DNA of 64,000 nt from Lama guanicoe (taxonomy: Eukaryota): assembly GCA_013239625.1 (NCBI GenBank), contig MU054323.1, positions 20,729,082 to 20,793,081 of the forward strand, written 5' to 3'. Shown here in pieces: positions 38,701 to 50,901 of the stretch. Within the stretch, counting starts at the first letter, position 1. Each line of letters starts with the position of its first letter. The notes beneath the pieces are model-generated. The model searched no databases. It worked only from the letters and a program-made list of their open reading frames with translations, and was not told the origin of the DNA. A program made the position numbers and the translations under genes.

Positions 38701-39604
38701 CTCAACAAGACCTTGTTGATAACACTGATCTGTGGGCTGCACACTGCCCACTGTTTGCCTGCCTTACAAGTGGGGAGCCCAGCAAAAGTGAACACAAGCA
38801 CATTTTTTGAAAAATAAAAAAAAGGCTGCCATGTTAGACAACCAAGATACTAATTCTTAATCAAAGGTGATATACTCCACTGGACCAGCTCCTGGACTTA
38901 CAGAGGACACCACGGGGGGCAGGAGGCCCTGGCAGTGATGCTGTCCTAGCAATATTAAGTCCTGAGACACAGATTTTGAACCCAGTATTACAGGGAAGAC
39001 TCCCTGTGTATTCGAGAGAAATGGAGAAAATCTTTTTGCTCCATCTTTCATACAGCAAATGTTCTAAGTTCTAGCAAAAAGTTATAATATAACAAGGATG
39101 AAATAAAAATATGTGTCTGCCTGCCTTTGCCTTGCTTATTTAAGCTACTCTACTACCATCTAAAAAGGCAACTTCCATGTCTTTTTCTTATTCACCTGCG
39201 CTGGGCCCCTTTGAGCCTGCTTAAATCTTACACCAGTCTCTCATCTCCAAGTTGCCACCGCACTTAATAGTTTGTACCACATGATTTAGTCAATTACTGC
39301 CTTTCATTGATACACTGTCTAACACAGGCCTGGCCACATAGCAGGTATTCATGAAAACAAGCTGATTGGTGGACAGATAAAAAGCCATATTAAATGCCCC
39401 CCTAGCCACACAGCAGTTTCAGAAAAACTGTCAGGAATATATTTTTCTTTCTTTACCACAACCCAAAGTTCTGAAAAGATAAATACTCCAGTAAGTTTAG
39501 AAAACTCATGCCAGTGACTTGAAACTCCCCCAACTAGAAACAGCATTTCTCCAATGTATTCCTAACCCCTGATAACTTGTTGCTTGTGTGGGGTTTTAAC
39601 ATAC

Positions 39605-39720
39605 CTCTTGGCCAGCCAGAGTTTGGCTTTGGTACAAGCTGCGACGTCAGCCAGCTCCTGCTGAAAGTATGTATTCATTCTGTATTTGGAGTCTGAGAAG
39701 GCTTGTAACAAATGAAAAAC
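39605..39720 (-). CDS. THADA: THADA internal coding exon (116 bp, phase 0 to phase 2; probably human exon ~30 equivalent)
   Basis: Minus strand: acceptor gctttttctctttttttggtttag|GTTTTTCAT, donor GCCAAGAG|gtatgt. Open frame VFHLLQAFSDSKYRMNTYFQQELADVAACTKAKLWLAK(R) matches recalled mammalian THADA (VFHLLQAYSDSK...CTKAKLWLAKR). Exon numbering is from memory. Confidence 0.93.
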
Positions 39721-40700
39721 CTAAACCAAAAAAAGAGAAAAAGCAATATCCTGCTGTGAAAATATATTTTTCCTCAATGTTCAGTTCCTCCCTTTTAGGT
39801 TTCCTCAAAATATTCCCCAAAGAAAACAGACACCTGCAAACTGTGGCTCTGGTCTCTCTGCAAAAAAGCATGTTAGTTTTGGAGGACGCATCTAGTGGTG
39901 AGAAACCTACATCTTTAATTCATACCTGTGCTCTGGGTTCCCTGCACGAATCCAGAAAAAGGTGACTGCTCTGTGACCAAACAGTCATTTGATACAAGAG
40001 CTTTTTAGTTACAAACAACCTAAAGGTGATGCCAGCAAAAAAATGCAAACATCTTTCTCTATCTTAGCAGTCTCATATAAAAAAAAATGTACTTTTAAAG
40101 ACAAAATCTTACTACATAGGAGAAATCAATTGTCTGCATGCCTAACCTGGTTTACACATCGGGGTTTATTAGAAGGCTTGGCTACAGAAGCAGACCAAAG
40201 TGATGCTTGCCTTTGCAAATACTGGACAGTGATGTTTGTAAACGATTTAGACTTTTTAGATCTTTGCTGAGATGCCAGGAACGGCATGTGAACACAGCCC
40301 ACCTTCTTACTCTTACATGACATTATATATTAGAATTAGGCAGAGAAAGACAAATCCTACTGTATCTCTCAAGCTGCCTATATTTAGAACAAAGGCTACA
40401 ATTCAGCAAACACACACAGGCTGTGTGCGTGTGTACATGTGCGTGTGTATTAGCATGCACACGTAGATGTGTCCTGGAGTCACTCAGTGATGACATCAAC
40501 AGGGCATTTGTGAGAAGTAGAAACCTGCAGCAGAGAAGGGAAGTGGACAAGGGCATAAATGAGATCCTCTGACCCTAGCTAGTGTCAAGGAAAAAGACAC
40601 ATGTCAGAGAAATCCTTCTGTTTATCTAAATCAAGAGGAGGAGGAGCATGGAGCAAAGCAAGTACAGATAAACACAGCCAGAACTTTGAAAGTCTATTTT

Positions 40701-41193
40701 TTTAAACTTTTTTTTTATTGAGTTATAGTCATTTTACAATGTTGTGTCAAATTCCAGTGCAGAGCACAATTTTTCAGTTATACATGAACATACAGGTATT
40801 CATTGTCACATTTTTTTTCGCTGTGAGCTACCACAAGATATATTTCTCTGTGCTATACAGTATAATCTTGTTTACCTATTCTGCATATGCCTGTCAGTAT
40901 CTACAAATTTTGAAATCCCAGTCTGTCCCTTCCCACTCCCTGCCCCCTTGGCAACCACAAGTTTGTATTCTATGTCTGTGAGTTTGTTTCTGTTTTGTAT
41001 TTATATTTTTTTTTTTTTTTTAGATTCCACATATGAGTGATCTCATATGGTATTTTTCTTTCTCTTTCTGGCTTACTTCACTTAGAATGACATTCTCCAG
41101 GAACATCCATGTTGCTGCAAATGGCGTTATGTCATTGTTTTTATGGCTGAATAGTATTCCATTGTATAAATATACCACATCTTCTTTATCGAG
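40701..41193 (-). mobile_element. Young lineage-specific L1 3' end with perfect 15-bp TSD, sense to THADA
   Basis: TSD ttgaaagtctatttt at 40686-40700 and 41194-41208; minus-strand TT/AAAA endonuclease context; same family as 62044-62806 and 63485-64000. Confidence 0.93.
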
Positions 41194-43259
41194 TTGAAAG
41201 TCTATTTTAATCATTGGTTTGCTTTCTTTCCCTACTGTAGCCTTTATCGGAGCTGATTCTTCCTAAGCAACATGATTCAACTTTTTCTTTTCTTTCTCTG
41301 CTGTCAATGAGGGGCATCACTGAGAGTTAAATATGGAAGGATGTTATGAGAAAAAGCAAGAGGCTAAAGTGCCGACAGATCCTAAATGGGTATAAGCTGG
41401 CAGGTGTTCCCAGGTCAGAGATCTACTGTACGCTGAGCACCTTTTCTTTAGAGTCAAAATAAATTGATTACTTTATTACATGTAACTGCCACTTAAAATT
41501 TTTTTTCCTAAACAGAAGTAATCGTGTAGGAGAAGGCACACAAGTCCCAATGGATGTGGAGACTGAAAAAGCTTTCTCTAATAATGGATCTGTTATTTCA
41601 GAAGCAACAGATCAAATATCACTCCTTCACCACACCCCCACAGGGACCCAAACCGCCCGTCGTGAAGTCTGGAGAAATGGGTCTGGCTGGGGCTTCTGTT
41701 CTTCTGTGGTGACTGCCAGAGCGAAAAAATTACCTCCCTCTGCCCGAATCCCCACCATCCTGAAAGAGTTGGCAGAGTCACTGGGCCTTGCTTTACTTTC
41801 CTCCACAGCTGCACAAAACCAACCACCAGGGCTTTTCATGGTGTCACAGGATTGTAATTAATCAGCAGACACCAGCAAAATACAGGACTCTGGAATTTAC
41901 TTGTAAAGAAAGCTGTGAGATTTTCAAACGTCTCTCATTTAGAAGTAATCACTTCAAAAATAACTCCTGATGGATGTTTAAACTTAGTCCTATATTTGCT
42001 CACCTTACTTGGCAAAAACAAGGCTGTTTTTGAAACGCTTGGTAACTCTGGTTTATGAACATTGGCCTACAGGTCCATCAATTCTGTCACCTTGGGCACA
42101 AACCAGACAACAATTGTGATTCTGGTTATTCAGCAGGAACGGAGTGATCTATTTACACGGGACAAATGGAGGGGGAGGTACACTTAGAAGAACCCTGGTG
42201 GAAATAAGCATGTAGGAGAGAGAGCAATAGACGTGAAAGACAGGGTCAGAGATGTCAAGGAAAACAGAGAGCAGGAGAGGAGAGGGAAGAGAGAGGACAG
42301 AGGGAGGGGAGAGGAAAGAAAAGTCTTGTAAGCAAATGTCTGAAGCAGGTTATTACGTTTGAGATAAATTTTTCCTTTAAGATAACTGATGAGAATATCT
42401 GAATACATGACTACCCTCAGATGACGTTTAGTGTTGGGTTTAAGCCCCTCAAGAAAAGTGAGGTCATCCTTGCGTGAAGTCCAGAAGGGAGGCCAGGCCT
42501 CTGGAACTCGAGTCCAAGGTCAGGTCTGGGAGCTCCAGGTAGCTGCGAGGAAGGATCACTGACCCAGCAGCTCTGGAAGGATGGCAGGGGCGAGGCAACT
42601 CTCCTCTTTCCCCAGCTTTCCTAAAGTTGTGGTCCAGAAGAACTTTTGGGCAAAGAGTGTGGTCAAGCCCAGGCCTGGGATAATTTGGAAACAGCCTATA
42701 ATACAGGTTTGCACTGAACCAAACACAGAGAAACCCGAAGCCGCCAAGGCTGAGGATGGTGACTAACTGAATGCACGGGAGAACTCTGAGCAGCTCAGTG
42801 TCTCTTTAGGCGTCCCAAATTGGCAACAGGATTCAAGCACTCAATCCCTAAGTATTTATTAAACAACTATTATTACCAGGCACTGCCTTAGGGGCTGCAG
42901 TGGAGAACAAATAGAATCCTTGCTTTCCTGCGGCTTACAGTCTAGTCGTGGACAAGCAAACCCCTGACTCTGCCTGGCAGGGATTTATGACCTGCACAAC
43001 AGCACTGCCATCACTTTGCTCTCATGCTTGACCTCACCCTCCACCAGGTCCAGCGCATAGCAGGAATTCAACGAGTATTTGCTGAACTGATGTCAATGTC
43101 TGGTGCCTCTTCCTACATTAACTCTGCCTTTAGGACACACCCCCTTGGGTTTGGTGAGCTGCTGTAGGTGCTCCTCACTCCAGTGGAGTCCTCATCCAGA
43201 GGGGAGAGTGGGGAGGCTAGATTAGTAGGAAGAATGCAGCTTTGTGAGAGGGAGTGGGA

Positions 43260-43450
43260 GGAGCACAGACTTTGGAGCCAGGCAGACTTGTGTGGAAACC
43301 CAGTTACTGGCTGTGGGGCTTTGGGCGACTTGTTAACCCCAGTTTCCCCACAGTAAAGAGTGCAATAATATCCATCTATCTGACAGGACTCTAGAGAGAT
43401 TTCAAAGGACATATACAGCATTTGGCACACACTAGGCACCTGATCAAAAC
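43260..43450 (+). mobile_element. MIR SINE
   Basis: gagcacagactttggagccaggcagac...ttgggcgacttgttaacc...cagcatttggcaca. Confidence 0.7.
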
Positions 43451-43639
43451 GTGAGTTCTCTTCCTTTTCCTTTTTCTGTCTCCTCCCTCCTTTTCAGCCC
43501 CCATTCCAAAAATAAACAGTCGGAGAAGGCTTTGCAGGAAGAGTGATATTCATATTTGGCTTTGAAGAGAATCTTGCCAGAATTGGGGGAAGAATATGCA
43601 AGCAGAGAAAACTGAATTATTAAAAAGTGTTAAAGAATC

Positions 43640-43985
43640 CAATACTGGTATTGCCAACAAAGAAAAGTGAACCTTAATGTAAATTATGGACTTCAGTTAA
43701 TAACAGTGTGTCAATACTGCTTCATTCATTTTACCAAACATACCCCTCTAATGCACAATTTTTTTAAACTCTTTTTTTTTAACAGGAGTACTGGGAATTG
43801 AACCCAGGACCTCGTGCATGCTAAGCACATGCTCTACCACTGAGCTATACTCTCCTGTAAATGCACAATATTAATAATAGGAGAAAACTGGGGCGAGGGG
43901 GTAGAGAAGAAAGGAATATATGGGAACTCTTTGCACTATCTGCTCATTTTTCTGTAAATCCAAAATTGTTCTAAAAAAAAATACC
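43640..43985 (+). mobile_element. L1MC-type 3' end carrying a minus-strand SINE (~43760-43859, 10-bp TSD)
   Basis: gtgaaccttaatgtaaattatggacttcagttaataa...tatatgggaactctttgcactatctgctcatttttctgtaaatccaaaa; TSD aatgcacaat at 43750-43759 and 43860-43869. Confidence 0.82.
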
Positions 43986-44408
43986 CATTTAGTGAAAGAA
44001 AAATATTGGGACGGCTCAGGGAACAGCAAATAGCTGCGTGTTAACAAGAGCATAGTCAGGGTGTGTGCAGGACGGCAGGAGACAATTTAAACTTTTTTTT
44101 TTAACAGGAGTACTGGGAATTTTGAACCCAGGACCTCGTGCATTAAGCACATGCTCTACCACTGAGCTATATACTCTCCTGTAAATGCACAATATTAATA
44201 ATAGGAGAAAACTGGGGCGAGGGGGTAGAGAAGAAAGGAATATATGGGAACTCTTTGCACTATCTGCTCATTTTTCTGTAAATCCAAAATTGTTCTAAAA
44301 AAAAATACCCATTTAGTGAAAGAAAAATATTGGGACGGCTCAGGGAACAGCAAATAGCTGCGTGTTAACAAGAGCATAGTCAGGGTGTGTGCAGGACGGC
44401 AGGAGACA
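43762..44408. repeat. Direct tandem duplication, period 324 bp
   Basis: Copy 1 ~43762-44084, copy 2 ~44086-44408; identical ORF-track peptides at 43871 and 44195. Confidence 0.96.
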
Positions 44409-44664
44409 TAGCTGGGGAGAAGGTCGGGTCAGATGGAGAAGGATCTTAAAGGAGCATCAAGGAATGTGTACTCTGTTCTGCACATGGTCAAGACCTCTTC
44501 AGAAACAGCGCTTATGTGATCAGATCTGGAATTCGGAAAGAAAAGGCCAGGGGCAGGGTGGAGGCTGGACTAGAAGGGGCAGAGTGAGTGAGGCCACTGC
44601 CGGTCTAGACAAAAGGTGCCGAGGCTTGAAACCAGAGCCCGAAAACCAAGAGGTACCCATGGAC

Positions 44665-45020
44665 CAAAAGTGGCAGCAGATGTTTCATTTGGCCTACACC
44701 ATGTTTTTAAATCGTCATTTATGAATTGGGAGATTTCATGTCAAAATCATCCTAATGTCTAAACTCTTCTCAAAGTCAGAAGAGCTGACGATCGTGGGCC
44801 CACTCTCCTGCAGGGCCTCAGTCACCTGGCTGGGGCTGCCCCCGAGAGAGGTGCACACTCTGGCTTACCACCGTCCCCGCTGTTGCCTATCACTCACCGC
44901 CACTAAGTCAATGTCATTTATCACTGGTTTTTTTTTTTAACTTATGGAGAATTGAGAGGAAAATGAAAATGAAATCTACATCAAGTCTGAAAATAGGATG
45001 GACCGAGAGGGCCACATGTT
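44665..45020. mobile_element. Charlie4/MER102-like hAT fragment
   Basis: gggagatttcatgtcaaaatc...agaagagctgacgatcgtgggccc...gaccgagagggccacatgtt. Confidence 0.55.
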
Positions 45021-46935
45021 TATACCCATCCCCGTGTTCACTTACCTGCCTGGCCTAGGCAGGACTCTGATTTTGTGACCACCCCCCACCCCACCCCAAT
45101 CGAAACTATGGCAGCAGTGTAACGGAGAGGAATAGAGAGGGACAGATACATTTGAGAGATGTTTTGGAGGCTGAAGAAGCAGGATTTGGCAACTGCTTTA
45201 GACATGCAGTTGAAGGTCAGTAAAGAGAACTTAACGCAGGAAGCTGGTGATTGAGGGCCATGCTGCAAGGCAGGAATCAAAAGAAAATGCTGCAGTTTGG
45301 GTAATGAGGGAGGGAGAGTTAGTGAGTTTGGTCAGGACTATCCGTGTGAGGCTTGCTCTGGTTAGGATAATTTATCTTGCAAATCAGGAATTCTTTTGAG
45401 AGTGAAAAAGAGCTCTATTAATAATCACACTGGGACAGACTGAGACAGTTGGTGACCTCGCTACAGCAGGCCCTTTGGAGAAAGGTTAGAGTGGACTTAG
45501 AGGTTTATGAATTCAGCAAAAGAACACTTTATTGACTCAAGATAGTTGTGACCCGTAAATTACCTACAAATTAAAAATAAAATTGTGACCCGGTCAGAAA
45601 GAGACAAAAAGCACACACAAAACAACCAAGTGCAAACCAACAGCATCACCCATGACTCTCACAGGCCTGGGATTTCCCAGGGCTGGGTACTCACGCCCTC
45701 CCCCGCGGAGGGAGTGTCAGGAAGCAGCTAGATTGGGCTGGGACTTCTTACTCTTGAGATGCCAGCCTTAATGAAACTCCTGGAGGATCGAAGAAAAGTC
45801 TGGAGAACAGTCACCCTCTGTCCACCCCCATCCCCACTCAAAACACAGAGAGACTGAGGGGAGCCCCCGAGCATCTGTGTAAAGCATGAGTTCCATTCTG
45901 GCAGCTTTGAATCTTAAAAGCCACTTGGCAGAGCAAATGTAATGCTCTTTGAATAAATGCCACAGGCCTAAAAAGAGTCATGAGGCAGATCCCTGAAAAA
46001 ACCTGCACTGGCTTCAGTAAAATATGTCTGGTTTACGCGGCTGGGCTACAATAGTGACTTGTGTTAGACAAGATGAAGATGATATATGGCTGTTTGGGAA
46101 TGCAACACTGAGATGGGTTTTCCTCTTCACCAAGCATGGCTTCCAGGCAATTTTCCCCCCTTATAAAATCAACAGCAGCTGAGCTCCAGAAACCAGCAGG
46201 ATCCAGCAATAACAGGACCTGGCTAGGCAGGCCATGAAAACGGACAACTCCGGTGAGAAAAGGGATGTTCATTTCAGAGGTCAGATATAAATGAGGTGAA
46301 TGTATTGTAATCACGAATAATCCCCAACTCGAAAGATCACCAAATCTATCCCTGTCTGCAACTATGTTTCCTTAAAACTCAAGTCTGATCTTTTGTAGCG
46401 TGCAGACTGGGGGCGAAGACTTCTGCCCCTATCACATTCAGCCAAGTATAAAATTTCGGCATCTGCTGGTTGGCCTCCTAGCCTTCTCCCCGCGCTGCTC
46501 CAACCCCCACAGCTAAGTCAGAGCCACATTTTTCCAAGCTCAGTGTTTACACAGGATTTTATTTCGGCTGGTAAAACATCTGTATTTTTTCAGGGACTTA
46601 AATAAATGATCTATGCCGGGAATGTACAGTATAGGGTGATGTCAGGCCCCCGTTTCTTCTCGACTCACTGGGCAGAACAGGCAAACATTGTTTCAGCCCG
46701 TAGATGGGAATGTGAATATTTATCCTGTCGACTTAATTCATACAAACAGAACTAAAGGCAGGCAGGCAGAAGTATTTTATGGCTTTAAGGCAGACTGGAG
46801 GGGGTGGGGTGGTGAGAAGAGGATGGCTGAAGAAGGAATCTAAACTTTCTAAATTACAGAAACATGCCTAATCATATAACTGCTGGGAAACGGATACAGC
46901 AGAAATTATTTAAAAGGGGGATTGTGTTCATCTGT

Positions 46936-46937
<2 letters not shown>

Positions 46938-46971
<34 letters not shown>
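46938..46971. repeat. Perfect (GT)17 microsatellite
   Basis: Uninterrupted GT run. Confidence 0.97.
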
Positions 46972-46972
<1 letters not shown>

Positions 46973-49336
46973 GCGGCGGGGGGACGAGGGAGTTGGGAAA
47001 GTGAGAGAGAAGAGTTCTCTAATTTATATGCCATTTCTAGTCAATGGTTTAGGATTTAATTTTCTGCTTCAGGCATATTAATCTTCTCAACTAAAACACA
47101 GGCTTCGGAGGAGCATCCTTCTTGCCTCTGACTTCCACGGCGCAGAGCACAGTGCTTGATGGGTACACGCACCTGCCTGCATCATCTGTACAGAGAGCTC
47201 AACATACTCGTCTTTGTTACCAGCCTTGGAGGGTCACTGTGTGGACTGGAGGCATGACTCTGGGATACTGCTCATCCCTACAAGAAAGAGCTTAGTGGGC
47301 ATGTGCCACCCATGGCTACCTTCCAATCTGACACCATGTTGGAGGGCAGGCAAGGAAGTGGTTACTCCCCAAAACCTCACTCTGTTTATTAGATGAGAAC
47401 AGATCCTCAGAAAGGTCTTCGTAAATTCCCAAAAGGTGACTCTAGCTGTGTTGCGTTGCTGCTGCTAGGAAAAGGATGCTAACTACAAAATGTGATTACT
47501 TCCTAGCAGACTCTGGCTTGGGCAGTAGGGCACGGATCTCTTTAAGGACTAAAATGTACAAAAACACAAAGACTGCAGGAACTGGAAATTCACTTTGCGT
47601 CTCAAATGAATCCCCTCCTTTCTAGTAACATTCCCACTGTTCTAGCTCAGGAACCAAAAGACTTTACACCCAGATGATGAAAACAATTTAACTGACTGGT
47701 CTCTGCCTCCAAAACTTATTTCACACATGGCTGCAGAAAACTTTTCCTAAACTCAAGCCCTGATTGTATCACTGTCAAATTCAAAATCCTTTAAATTTTT
47801 CCAAAGTCTTAAAATAATTTGGTGGGCACTGAAGACTCAACCTACCTTTGTGGTTTCACCCCCTACTTCATGCACCTATTATGTGACCACAAGGGATGAT
47901 CTCCCATTTCTGACAATGCTTTTCTGTCCAGGATGTTCCTTCCATTTCTACCCCCACATTCTCCAGCTCTGCCTATTGAAATTTCATTCATACTGTAAGG
48001 TCCAGCTTAAACACCACCTCCTCCATAAAACATTCCTTAACTTTCATCAACCACCTCCCCTCCCCACCCTAAGACTTTCCCTACTCAGTGCTCAGCAGTT
48101 TACTTCATTTGATTTCTTTTTCTTTCTTTTTTTAATGTTTTAAATCTTGTCATCATGGTTATCAATCTACAATTTCCTTTTCCTGGAGTATAGCTCATTG
48201 AAGAAAAGGACTGTGTCCTGTTCTCCACAGCCCCTAGACTCCAGGGATATACAGCTTTGTCTGGCAGAAAGAGAGACTCAGCCAACAGAGCATTTATTGA
48301 TTTGGAATTCCACCATGCCCCCTTGCCGGGGGTGGCAGGAATAGAACCTGTATTTGCAGCAGCAGCTGGGGTGCAAAAGCCACCTGTCTAAACTCTCTGC
48401 ACACTCTCTGGTTGGGGGGAAATACACAGTAGTAATAAGACAGTGAGTATACATTTGTTTTGGGTCATCTCTGGCCTCGTGCTGTAAATTTTATAATGCA
48501 GTCCCGAAACCCAGACAAAGCGTCAAGGGTCCTGAGTTGTTGCGTGAGGGCAAAGCTTAGAAAGTGATGTCAAAGGCAGTCAATCTTAATCCAACATACA
48601 AACAAAGCCTTGATTATAAAGAATTAACAATTTACAAAACACTGATATAATTTCTCTTCTAACTAAAGAGTTTCCTTCCAGCTTTAGAATGCAGACACAT
48701 TTCTGAAAAGCTATGTATAACATTTTTCAAATTATAAATTATGTATTTGCAAAATAAATCCCAGTCTAAAATCTTTAGGAGAAGCTTTATTGTACTTGTT
48801 TACTTATCTTTTCTACATACCTGGATCCTCAAACTACGGAGTTTCCTTAAAGACAATACTGAGAGAACAATAAGGAACTCTCTGATACAGCAAAACTCAT
48901 TAATGAAAAATAAAACAGATAATTTGTTCAGTCAAGACAGTTAATTTTAAAGCAATACAAAAGGAGGGAAATTGGTGGTGGTATTAATGAAAATTAGTCA
49001 TGAATCACTCATTGTTGAAGCTGAGTGGTGGGTATATGGGATTCATTATATTATTCTGCTTACATTTGTGTTTATTTACATTTTTTATAATAAAAGTTAA
49101 AAAAAGGTTTAGAGAGGGAGAGAAGGGAAAGAGAAAATGTATGTAAAATGAATGCAAAAAAAAGATGTATTTATAACATTAACTGGACATAAGAGCTGAA
49201 ATCTTCTGTATAGCAAAAATTACTAGGAATATTCAAAAGTACAAGCAAACCAGGGCTAAAATATTGGCTAATTCCCCTAAGGAACAAAGCTCTTGCAAAT
49301 TAATAACAAAAATGAAAATAATTGAATGAAATACGG

Positions 49337-49884
49337 CAGGGAGTTACAAACTTTCTCCATTCATAGCACCCTTAGCACCTCAATAATCTTTTCATGGTGC
49401 CTGTAGGCTAAAAGAAATACCTAACAGTTCCATTTATTAAGTAGTTAGGTCCAAACAACCTAATAAGTATTTTTGCCCTAACAACTTAGGAACTGTTTGA
49501 AAAAATAATACACATAAGTTGAAAGAAAAAATATTTTTATTTCATTCTTTAATAACCACAATTACTTACTAATGGGATGTGTGTGCCTATTGGATACTTC
49601 ATAACTTCCCAAGCCTTGGAATTGCTGGACTCCACCACCCTCATTCCTGTTCCACATTGATTTTCTCATGGTACTAGCTCTTTATTACAGCAACTAGTGA
49701 ATACTCAACTTTGCAAAGACATATAGCATCATCGAAAGGAATGCAGTGTGAGCTAATGTTGATAACTGTACATTACTTTAAGCGAGTGGTTCACGTAGTA
49801 TCGCACAGATGGCAAGTGTCACTGTCCTTTCCCCCCCAAATTTAAAATATCCCACAGTGCTTTGGCACACACTTTGGGAACTGC
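49337..49884. mobile_element. MER119-like hAT-Charlie element, near full length, inside old L1 sequence (~49150-50660)
   Basis: aaaagaaatacctaacagttccatttattaagtagttaggtccaaacaac...cacactttgggaac matches recalled MER119. Confidence 0.82.
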
Positions 49885-50708
49885 AAATGTTTAGGAAAGA
49901 ATATAAACAAGTAATTCACAGATGAAACACAAATATCCAATAAACATACGAAGACATGTTTAATTTCATTAATGTTTAAGGAAGGGCAATTAAAACAATG
50001 AATTTTAAAAGGAAAAAAAACCCATTAATCTGTAGAGAATTGTTTTTTAAAGGGTAGGATGCAACTAATATTTAAGTAAGGAAACTGACATTCTCATTCA
50101 TCATTGGTGGGAGTAGAAATTGTTAGACGCTTTTTGGGGGTAACTAGCAGGGCCAAGTCCTTGTACATACGATGTAATTCTATACAAATGTTTTCCCGGA
50201 TGTTAGACAAAGCAGCAACTTGGAAGTGTAGCAGTTGCTATTAAAATGGAAAACATGTACTTCCTTCAATTTTGCAATACCCACTTCTAGGAATTTATCT
50301 CACAGAAACACTTACAGGTGTGGGACAAAAATACAGATGCCCAAGAATGATCATAAGCAGTACTTACTATAACAGGAAAATTTAGAAACAACCAATACAG
50401 GACCAGTTGAAAAACTATGGGATATTCCTACAAGTATCCTATCATATATAGCTGAGCTGTACATTTATTCAAAAATAATGTTGTAGATACACATGGACTG
50501 ACATGAAAATATCTCTAAGACATACTGATAAGTGAAAAATCAAGCTGCAAAAATAGCATGATCCCATTTTTATTGATGCCAAATTATTAACAGTGGGGGT
50601 GGGATTGTTACATTCAATGTTGCATGCTTCTGTAACTCTGAAAGTTTTATGGTAAGGATATATCATTTTTTTAAACTTTTTATTGAAAACTTTTTATTGA
50701 AATAATTA

Positions 50709-50901
50709 CAGCTGACCCTTGAGCAATGCAGGTTTGAACAGTGAGGGTCCAAGTACATGTGGATACTTTTCAGTAGTAAATACAACAGTACCACACAGTC
50801 TGTGGTTGGTTGAGGAACCCGAGGATACAAAGGAACCTTGGATACAGAGGGTCAACTATAAGTGATATGTGGATTACCTCGCATTGTTCAAAGGTCAAGT
50901 G
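50709..50901. mobile_element. Tigger2/MER8-like TcMar MITE with terminal inverted repeats and TA target duplication, inside a minus-strand L1MC 3' end (~50670-51180)
   Basis: TA|cagctgacccttgagcaatgc...gcattgttcaaaggtcaagtg|TA; inverted repeats match at 17 of 21 positions. Confidence 0.85.

Noticed and set aside
39647..39871. Track ORF overlapping the 116-bp exon
   Set aside because: Wrong frame; the THADA frame is defined by the splice sites at 39720 and 39605.
41550..41861. 103-aa ATG-initiated ORF MDVETEKAFSNNG...
   Set aside because: No recognisable homology, promoter or retrocopy hallmarks; length is within chance expectation.
3481..45678. NF-kB consensus 10-mers (3481-3490, 6869-6878, 45669-45678)
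   Set aside because: A handful of GGGRNNYYCC matches is expected by chance in 64 kb, and they are not clustered.
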